Below, piece after piece: positions 26,743 through 34,119 of a DNA stretch of 64,000 nt. The DNA is from Pseudomonadota bacterium. GTDB taxonomy: Bacteria > Pseudomonadota > Gammaproteobacteria > Steroidobacterales > Steroidobacteraceae. The position numbers were made by a program, and so were the translations under genes. The notes under the pieces are model-generated. The model saw only the letters and a list, made by a program, of their open reading frames with translations, was not told the DNA's origin and ran no database searches. The DNA is taken from assembly GCA_023428645.1 (NCBI GenBank), contig JAEYXD010000014.1, forward strand, positions 14,964 through 78,963, in the 5' to 3' direction. Within the stretch, counting starts at the first letter, position 1. Each line of letters starts with the position of its first letter.

Positions 26743-28817
26743 TGAGCAACCTCGCGTCGGACCGTCAGATAGTGGTTTGCCATCAGCAACTCCACGACGA
26801 CGAAAAGGGCAGCTATCAACAAGACCAAGTAGCCGATCGAACGTTTCACCGGGGCGCCGTCATCAGCAGCCGTGGTCCCGGCGTCGGCGGCGGCCGGTGG
26901 CGCCTTCAGTGCCTGCCAGCGCTCGACCTGGGCGTCCGGCAGCCGCGTCACATCCGACTCTCGCGGGTCGACGTTCACCGCGAGCCACTTTTGACCACCT
27001 GCGCCACGAATCTCGTAAAACCCGGCTTGATCCGGAATGAACCGGTCGACCGCGGCGACCTCGCCCAGGGCGAGCACGCGATTGCCTTGCGGATCGAATA
27101 TCTGCCCGCCGCTGGCAGCGGTCAATCCGGTGAGCACGGGGCCGCCGACGCGCGCGGTCTGCGTGGTCGGATCCTGCTCGACGAGATAACGCGCGGCATC
27201 CGCGATGAATTGCACGAACAGAGAATGGATCGGCAAATCGTTCCAGGCGCGATCGAGCGGCGCTGTCAGCAAAAGCACGCGGCCGTTGTCTTGTTGACGC
27301 TCGATCAACACCGGAGTGCGATCCTCGAGTGCGACCAGGACCTTGTCCGTTGCCGCGGGCCGCACCTGCAAGTAGCGGAAGAAGCGCACGCGGTGCCAAT
27401 CGCTCGCGTTGCGCAGGATCGGATGGCTGCTTTGCACGACGCCCACCTGCGCGGGCTTCGTCACCACCTCGCCGATGTTCACGTCCTCGAGCAGCGCGGG
27501 CTTTTGTCGGGCGATGCCAGGCGTCACCGCCATGAGCAGCCGGCCGCCGCCAGCGACGTACTCCTTGATGCGGCTCTGCGCCGTGCTGGACAGCGCGTTC
27601 ACATCGGCGATCACGATCATCGCGTAGTTCGCGAGCTGCAAGCCGTCGACCGCCGCCGCCGCTTGCTTGTCAACGACCAGTCGCGGCGCGGACAGCGATT
27701 CGATCGCCGCGCCGAAGTACGCGCTCTCGTCGCTCGACGTATCGCGCGCGATGAGCAGCACCTTCGGGTCCGAGTTCTGCAGAATCGCGAAATAGCGGTC
27801 GTCGCTCGCGATCGCATCCTTGGGTTCGATGTCCACCTCGATGCGATGCGCGCCCGCGCCAAGCGCGAGATCCGGGAACTCGACTTCGAGGTCGCGGACC
27901 GCGGGGGCGGCGCGCGGTGTTTCGGCCGCGCCGCCTTCGCTGCCCTGCTGCGCGGGCGACAGCGCTGCTGGCACGGCCGCGAACTCGACGGGCCGTCGCG
28001 CGACTTCCTTGCCGTCGACCGAGAGAATCACCTCGCGGCGCTCCGCGCGCGGCGAATTCGTCGCGACGCGCGCGAGGAGCTTGCGCGCGTCGTTCGTCGC
28101 GATCGCGGCCGACTTCACGAACGTGTTCACGTTCGTGTCGAGCGCGCTATCGCGCGCGATGTCGTGAATCACGAGCTGCGTGCCCGGCGGCGGCTCCAGA
28201 TCGGCAAAGCGCAACGGGCTCGCCGATTGCTGCAGATCCGAGATCAGATGCAGTTGCACCGGCATGCCCGCGTCGCCGAGCCACGCCTTCGCCGTCGACA
28301 TCAGCAGTCCGTAATCGAGGCGCTCGACGCCGGGCGCAAGCGTGCGCAGCTGCGCGCGCACCGCGCCGACGTCATTCGCGGGCGTGGGCTCCTGCACGAC
28401 CTGAATGCGCCGGCCGATCGCGGAGACGAGCATGACTCGATCGCCCGAGCTCGCGCCGTTGATGACTGCTTCCGCCGCTTCGACCGCGCGCTGCCAGCGA
28501 TCGGAATGCTGCATCGACATCGAGCCGTCGAGAACGATCGCGTGCAGGCGCGCGTTGCCGGCACGCTCGGGCACGACGCTCGGCGAGACGAGCGGCCCGG
28601 CGAACGCGAGCACGAGCAGAACGAGCAGCAGGATGCGGGCCGCGAGCAGCAGCCAATAGCGCAGCGTGCGCTTCGCGGTGCGCTGCGTCTCGCTGGGCTC
28701 GAGGAACATGAGCGACGCGAACGGATGCTGCGTCGGATTCGCGCGCGCGACGCGGTGCAGCCAGAGCGGCAGTGCGATCGCGAGCAAGCCAGTCAGCAGT
28801 AGGGGCGCGAGGAACAC
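26739..28817 (-). CDS. BatA-N (N-terminal double-TM) / VWA / GATase1-like membrane protein
   Basis: GTG start. N-terminus is MFLAPLLLTGLLAIALPLWLHRV, the MIDAS-type motif is LDGSMSM, and there is a C-terminal TM (IGYLVLLIAALFVVVELL). Confidence 0.85.
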   Translation of the reverse strand: MFLAPLLLTGLLAIALPLWLHRVARANPTQHPFASLMFLEPSETQRTAKRTLRYWLLLAARILLLVLLVLAFAGPLVSPSVVPERAGNARLHAIVLDGSMSMQHSDRWQRAVEAAEAVINGASSGDRVMLVSAIGRRIQVVQEPTPANDVGAVRAQLRTLAPGVERLDYGLLMSTAKAWLGDAGMPVQLHLISDLQQSASPLRFADLEPPPGTQLVIHDIARDSALDTNVNTFVKSAAIATNDARKLLARVATNSPRAERREVILSVDGKEVARRPVEFAAVPAALSPAQQGSEGGAAETPRAAPAVRDLEVEFPDLALGAGAHRIEVDIEPKDAIASDDRYFAILQNSDPKVLLIARDTSSDESAYFGAAIESLSAPRLVVDKQAAAAVDGLQLANYAMIVIADVNALSSTAQSRIKEYVAGGGRLLMAVTPGIARQKPALLEDVNIGEVVTKPAQVGVVQSSHPILRNASDWHRVRFFRYLQVRPAATDKVLVALEDRTPVLIERQQDNGRVLLLTAPLDRAWNDLPIHSLFVQFIADAARYLVEQDPTTQTARVGGPVLTGLTAASGGQIFDPQGNRVLALGEVAAVDRFIPDQAGFYEIRGAGGQKWLAVNVDPRESDVTRLPDAQVERWQALKAPPAAADAGTTAADDGAPVKRSIGYLVLLIAALFVVVELLMANHYLTVRREVAQ

Positions 28818-28832
28818 AGCGTGAGCCTTGGG

Positions 28833-29732
28833 TCAGTTCCGACCATGACGGAACGCCAGATAACGACGCAGCGCGTCGTCCAAAGGATCCGTCGTCGTGA
28901 TCAGCATCTGGTGCGCGCCGACGCTTGCTGCGGAGGCGCGCAGTGCGTCGAGGTGCGCCGACATGCGCTCGCGATACCGCCCTTCGAAGTAGTCGGGCGA
29001 GACGTTCACGAGCTCCTCGGTCTCGACGTCCTTGAGCACGACGGACTCGTTCCACTCGGGGCGGAGCTCACGCGGATCGAGCACTTGAATGATCATGATG
29101 TCGTGGCCGTGATATCCGAGCGGCTGCACGGCGCGCGTCATCGCGACCGGATCGCAGTAGAGATCCGAGATCACGACGACCAGGCCGCGGCGCGTCAGGT
29201 GCTCGCGGAAGCTGCTGAAACATCCCGCGAGGTCGGTGCGTCCGCCCGCGCTGACCTGATCCAGCGCATGCAACAAGGTTTGCAGGCTGCCGGCGCGGCT
29301 CGTCGGTGGTCGATAGTCGCGCAGCTTCTCGTCGAAGACGATGAGACCGACAGGATCGTGCTGACGAGTCGCGAGATAGGCGAACGCCGCCGCGATGAAT
29401 TTCGCGTACATGAGCTTCGTGACGGCATGCGAGCTGTAGCCCATCGAGGCGCTCGCGTCGACGAGCAGCATCAGGCGCGTGTTCGTTTCGCCCTCGTAGC
29501 GGCGAATGTAGGTGCGCTCCGTGCGCGCGAAGACGTTCCAATCGACGAAGCGCGGATCGTCGCCTTCCGTGTAGGCGCGGTATTCCTTGAACTCCTGGCT
29601 GAAACCGAAGCGCGGCGAGCGATGCAGGCCGGTCAAGAAGCCTTCGACGGCCGTGCGCGCCACGAGCTCCAAGTTCGCGAGACTCGCGAGCGTCGCGGGC
29701 GACAGCAGCCGCTGAAAGGGCGTGGCGGACAT
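28833..29732 (-). CDS. DUF58-domain protein (MoxR partner)
   Basis: Start ATG 29732 (MSATPFQRLL). Core sequence is EFKEYRAYTEGDDPRFVDWNVFARTERTYIRRYEGETN. Confidence 0.88.
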   Translation of the reverse strand: MSATPFQRLLSPATLASLANLELVARTAVEGFLTGLHRSPRFGFSQEFKEYRAYTEGDDPRFVDWNVFARTERTYIRRYEGETNTRLMLLVDASASMGYSSHAVTKLMYAKFIAAAFAYLATRQHDPVGLIVFDEKLRDYRPPTSRAGSLQTLLHALDQVSAGGRTDLAGCFSSFREHLTRRGLVVVISDLYCDPVAMTRAVQPLGYHGHDIMIIQVLDPRELRPEWNESVVLKDVETEELVNVSPDYFEGRYRERMSAHLDALRASAASVGAHQMLITTTDPLDDALRRYLAFRHGRN

Positions 29733-29782
29733 GCCTATCGCATCCCTTCGCGCGCACTGCGACGGCGGGCCAAGTAAAGCAT

Positions 29783-29820
29783 CCCCTCCCCCGTGCAACG
29801 GGGGAGGGCCAGGGAGGGGG
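29783..29820 (+). repeat. REP-like element copy C, inside the operon between moxR and the DUF58 gene
   Basis: Perfect 10-bp stem CCCTCCCCCG-tgcaa-CGGGGGAGGG followed by CCA-GGG-A-GGGGG. Confidence 0.75.
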
Positions 29821-29856
29821 CGCCGCGTCCACGACCGGCGCTGCGACAGCGTGCCG

Positions 29857-30867
29857 TCATCGGTTGATGACCTCGCGCAGCACGTCGTCGACCGTCTTGC
29901 CGTCCGACTCCGCCTGATAGTTCGTGAGCACACGATGACGCAGCACCGATGGTGCGAGCGTATGCAGATCCTGCGTCGTCACGTGATAACGCCCCTCCAT
30001 CAACGCACGCGCCTTCGCGGCGAGGCACAGGAATTGTGTCGCGCGCACGCTCGCACCGTAGCGCACGTACTTGCGCACGGCTTCCGGCGCGCCGGCCTCT
30101 GCGGGGCGCGTGGCGCGCACGAGGTCGACCGCGTGGCGGCGCACGTCATCGGCGATCGGCACCTGCCGCACGAGCCATTGGAATTTGATGATCTCGTCCG
30201 CGTTCGTACAAGGCTGCACTTCGGGCATGCTCATGCGCGAGGTATTGCGTTCGACGACCGTCGCCTCGTCCGCGGCGCTCAGGTAGTCGAGCAGCACGTT
30301 GAAGAGGAAGCGGTCGAGCTGCGCTTCCGGCAGCGGGTACGTACCTTCCAGCTCGATCGGATTCTGAGTGGCGAGCACGAAGAACGGCGGCGTCAGCTTG
30401 TGCGTCGTGCCGCGCACGGTCACGGACAATTCCTGCATCGCCTCCAGCAGTGCCGCCTGGGTCTTCGGGGGCGTGCGATTGATTTCGTCGGCGAGCACGA
30501 CGTGCGCGAACAACGGGCCCGGCACGAACGTCCATTTGCGATGCCCGGTCGTGATGTCCTCTTCGATGATGTCGGTGCCGGTCACGTCGGTCGGCATCAG
30601 ATCGGGCGTGAACTGAATGCGCTTGAACGACAGCCCCAGCGCGGTCGCGAGCGTCCGCACGAGCAGCGTCTTCGCGGTGCCGGGCATGCCGGTGATCAGG
30701 CAATGGCCGCCGACGAGCAACGTGAGCAACAAATGATCCACGACTTCGTCCTGGCCGACGATGATCGTGCGCACGCGCGAACGAATGGTCGTGATCCGCT
30801 CCTGAAACAACGACACCAAGGCGCGGGTATCGCTGCCGCCGAGCGCTTCGGGGACGGAATCATTCAT
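29857..30867 (-). CDS. MoxR-family AAA+ ATPase
   Basis: Walker A GMPGTAKT and Walker B plus downstream HVVLADEINRTPPKTQAALLEAMQE. Its start overlaps the upstream gene by 8 nt. Confidence 0.95.
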   Translation of the reverse strand: MNDSVPEALGGSDTRALVSLFQERITTIRSRVRTIIVGQDEVVDHLLLTLLVGGHCLITGMPGTAKTLLVRTLATALGLSFKRIQFTPDLMPTDVTGTDIIEEDITTGHRKWTFVPGPLFAHVVLADEINRTPPKTQAALLEAMQELSVTVRGTTHKLTPPFFVLATQNPIELEGTYPLPEAQLDRFLFNVLLDYLSAADEATVVERNTSRMSMPEVQPCTNADEIIKFQWLVRQVPIADDVRRHAVDLVRATRPAEAGAPEAVRKYVRYGASVRATQFLCLAAKARALMEGRYHVTTQDLHTLAPSVLRHRVLTNYQAESDGKTVDDVLREVINR

Positions 30868-33169
30868 TGCGTTTTCGCTCCTCGATCGTTTGCAGCAGCA
30901 AAGCCTGCGCGGGTTTGTAGTGCGGCGCCGTTTCCAGCGCCTCCAATAAGTGACGTCGCGCCGCCGGCTGATCGCCCATCGCGCGCAACGCGCGCGCCAT
31001 GCCGAAATGACCGGGCGCCGTATCGTGCGGGTTCAACGCGAGCTGCACCTTGAACTCGCGCAGCGCGTCCTCGTGCTTGCCGCCCGCGAGGAAGCGCTCG
31101 CCAAGCACGGTGTGCTGATCGCCGCTCAGCGGGTCGACGTAATTGATCGCGGCGAACACTTCGAGCGCCTCCGACGGGCGGCCCGCCGCGTCGAGCCACT
31201 TCGCAAGATCGCGCAGCGCGCTCGGGTCCCAGCCTCCGGCCTTGCGATAGTCGAGCAAGGTCTGCAGCGCCTGCGGCCGATTGCCCGATTGGTCGTAGGC
31301 GCGCGCGAGGAGCAGGTACGGACTGTCCGGGCCGCTGTGCTCGGGATAGAGCTCGATCGCCTTGCGCGCGGGCCCGATCGCGGCTTCCCAGCGCGACTCG
31401 GCGACGGCTTTCGCCGCCTCCTGATACGCCGCCTGCCAACCCGGCAGATCGGCGAGCAGCGCCTTGTAACGCTCGCGCACGAATGCATCGAATTGCTTGT
31501 CGAACTCCTCGCTCGACATCTTGAACGTGTCTTCGACGGCGTTCTTCGTGTCCGTCTCTTTCGTGAATTGTTTCAGCAGCGCGACGAGCCGGTCGAAGCC
31601 GAAGCGCTGCTCCACGAACAGGCAGACCAGGCCGGCCTGCATGTACGACACCTGCACCTGTTCCTGATACTTCGGTCGAATGAAGCCCGAATCGAGATCC
31701 GCGATCGGCAGCAACCGCTTGTCGTTCAGCGCAATGATCGTTTCCGGCGTGACGACGACGCCTGGGGTCGGCCCCGTGCGCCATTCCTCGAATACCGAGA
31801 TGCCTTCGCTCAGCCAGCGCGGCACGCGATGGTCGGTCGCCTCGAGCGTGAAGACGTGCGCCATCTCGTGCCACAAGGTCGAGCCCCAGTGGAACTCGCC
31901 GGTCGGGCGCCCCGAGGGACTGTCCATCGCGACGAGATAACCGAAGGTGACACCGAGCAGACCGATGCCGGGCAGCGCCGCCACGCGCACGGCGAAGTCG
32001 TCGTGCTCCGGGTAGAGCTCGAGCGAGATCGGCTCGCGCGGCTCGAATTGATAGCGGCGCGAAAAAGCCGCGATGCTGTCCGACGCCATCTCGAGCACGT
32101 ACGGGCGCATCGCCTCGGCTTCCTTGCGATCGAGCCGCATGCGCACTTCGGCCGCGCGCTCACCGCCGTTCAATGCGGGGATCGTGATCGGCGTAGCCGT
32201 CACTTCGAAGCCGTCGACGCGATCGAGCAGGCGCAGCGTATTGACCGTCGTCGCGCTGAAGGGATCGCCGGAGTACGCGCGCGTCAGATGCGCGCGCGCT
32301 TGTGCGAAATCACCTTCGCGCAACAGATTCGCGCCGAGCTCCGCGTGCGCGGACCACAGCTCGGGTTGCACCTCGACGGCGCGCTTCAGCAACGCGGTCG
32401 CTTCCCGATAGCGACGGCGCATGATTTCGAAATGCGCGAGCTGCTCGAAGATCTCGCCGTAGCGGGGGTTGTAGGCGAGCGCGCGCTCGATCCAGGTTTC
32501 GCGCTCCTTGCCGCCTTGCAGCTGGCCGAGCACGGCGCGCAGCGTGAAGACTTCGAGCGGCGCCTGCCGCTGCTTCTCGATGAGCCGCAGAGCGCGATCG
32601 AGCGTCGCATCGACGGTGTCGAGCTGGCCTTCCTCGAGATCCATCTGCGCTTTGAGCAGGTGAGCGTCGATCAACGAATCGTCTTGCTGCAGGACTTCGT
32701 CGACGAGCGTGCGCGCCTGGCCTTCGAAGCGTTCGGCGAACACGTGGGCCATGCCGAGCTTCGCGTACACGTCGTTGCTCGAGCGCTCGAGCGCTTCCTT
32801 GAACAGCTCCAGCGCCTCGTTGTGCTGATGCGTGTGCAGGAAGAGGCGGCCCCAACGCACGCGCGGCTGCGATGAGCGCTCGTTGGCATTCGCGGCTTCG
32901 CGGAACAGGGTGTTCGCGCGCTGGATGTCGCCGAGCGCCCAGGCCGCCTCGGCCTGGGTGATCACGTTGCGCGAATCCTCGAGCAGGCGGCGATAGCAGT
33001 CGCGCGCTTCCTGAAGGCGGCCGCGGTGCTGCGGGTCATCGCACTGGCGCAGCTCGGTCGCGCGGCGCTGGTCGTAATCGATGGCGGCGCCCAGGGCGAC
33101 GCTCAGGGACAGCGGCAGCAGCAAGATCAGGAGAGCCGTGCGCAGCGGGCCCCGGACTGTCGCGCTCAT
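30860..33169 (-). CDS. Periplasmic TPR-repeat protein with an embedded gluzincin-type (HExxH...E) peptidase-like domain
   Basis: A signal peptide is followed by N-terminal TPRs. The peptidase-like region reads WGSTLWHEMAHVFTLEATDHRVPRWLSEGISVFEE, and C-terminal TPRs follow. Confidence 0.82.
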   Translation of the reverse strand: MSATVRGPLRTALLILLLPLSLSVALGAAIDYDQRRATELRQCDDPQHRGRLQEARDCYRRLLEDSRNVITQAEAAWALGDIQRANTLFREAANANERSSQPRVRWGRLFLHTHQHNEALELFKEALERSSNDVYAKLGMAHVFAERFEGQARTLVDEVLQQDDSLIDAHLLKAQMDLEEGQLDTVDATLDRALRLIEKQRQAPLEVFTLRAVLGQLQGGKERETWIERALAYNPRYGEIFEQLAHFEIMRRRYREATALLKRAVEVQPELWSAHAELGANLLREGDFAQARAHLTRAYSGDPFSATTVNTLRLLDRVDGFEVTATPITIPALNGGERAAEVRMRLDRKEAEAMRPYVLEMASDSIAAFSRRYQFEPREPISLELYPEHDDFAVRVAALPGIGLLGVTFGYLVAMDSPSGRPTGEFHWGSTLWHEMAHVFTLEATDHRVPRWLSEGISVFEEWRTGPTPGVVVTPETIIALNDKRLLPIADLDSGFIRPKYQEQVQVSYMQAGLVCLFVEQRFGFDRLVALLKQFTKETDTKNAVEDTFKMSSEEFDKQFDAFVRERYKALLADLPGWQAAYQEAAKAVAESRWEAAIGPARKAIELYPEHSGPDSPYLLLARAYDQSGNRPQALQTLLDYRKAGGWDPSALRDLAKWLDAAGRPSEALEVFAAINYVDPLSGDQHTVLGERFLAGGKHEDALREFKVQLALNPHDTAPGHFGMARALRAMGDQPAARRHLLEALETAPHYKPAQALLLQTIEERKRNE

Positions 33170-34119
33170 TCGCGCCCTCCTCGTAACGTCATCTGCCGGG
33201 CATCGATGTCCTGCTGCAGCTTCGCGAGCCGCACGAGCACGCCTTCGAGCTGGTCGTAATACGCGTTCGCATCGAGGGTGGCTTTACGCTCCTTGACCGC
33301 CTCCAGTTCGCGCTCCACGGACACGCGCTGCGTGTACAGCGCGCTCAACGCCGCATCGGAAGTCGCGAGCACCGCATTGCCGAAGCGCGCCACTTGCATC
33401 CGCTCCGCGCCCTTGCCGTCGAGCCGCGCGTGCTCCGTCGCGAGCGACACATCCGCCTTGAACGACTCCGCGACGCGCCGGTTCGCAAACTCGAACGCCT
33501 CGGCCGCCGTGACGACATCGTCGCGGTTCAGATCCGCCGCGTTCGACGACACCGCTTCCAGCCAATATTGCGCGAAGCGCGTGGCCGTGCGCTCGTTGCC
33601 GCTCTTCGTCGCGGCAATCACGACGCGGTTGTCGCGCTTCCAACGCTCGACGGCCGCGCCGCTCGCGCTCGTCGCGTTCACGATCAGCTGGTCGCGCGCG
33701 GGCAGCTGGTCGAACAGCGCGCCGAGCTCGCTCGCGGTGAGATCCGGACCGGGCAGATTGAGACGATATTCCTCGCCGTCGTACGTACCGTGACCGATCA
33801 GCACGATGATCACCTGATCGTCTCGTTGCAACTTGCCGGCCAATGCCCGCAGTTCGCGCCGCACGGTATCGCGAGCGGCCTTGTCCGCGGTCAGTACGGT
33901 GACGAGCGCTTTGTCGCCCGTGAGCTTCTCGGCCGCCTGCGCCAACGCGGTCGCCTGATTGCGAAAGCGCTGCTCGAATTCCTTCTCGCCGCCGAGACCG
34001 GCGACGATGAGCGCATGAGTGTCGGCAAGTGCCGGCGCGACGACGCCAATGCCCAACACGCCGCAGAGGACCCGCACGGCGGCGCTCGCTCGTCGGGCGG
34101 TGGCGGCGCGCGACCTCAC
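33166..34119 (-). CDS. Periplasmic C13/caspase-fold-like protein without cysteine, with a C-terminal coiled coil
   Basis: The GTG start at 34119 overlaps the upstream TGA (GTGA). A signal peptide is followed by HALIVAGLGGE, IIVLIGHGTYDG and LIVNATSASG. The 581-aa ORF in the track is an over-extension. Confidence 0.68.
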   Translation of the reverse strand: MRSRAATARRASAAVRVLCGVLGIGVVAPALADTHALIVAGLGGEKEFEQRFRNQATALAQAAEKLTGDKALVTVLTADKAARDTVRRELRALAGKLQRDDQVIIVLIGHGTYDGEEYRLNLPGPDLTASELGALFDQLPARDQLIVNATSASGAAVERWKRDNRVVIAATKSGNERTATRFAQYWLEAVSSNAADLNRDDVVTAAEAFEFANRRVAESFKADVSLATEHARLDGKGAERMQVARFGNAVLATSDAALSALYTQRVSVERELEAVKERKATLDANAYYDQLEGVLVRLAKLQQDIDARQMTLRGGRE

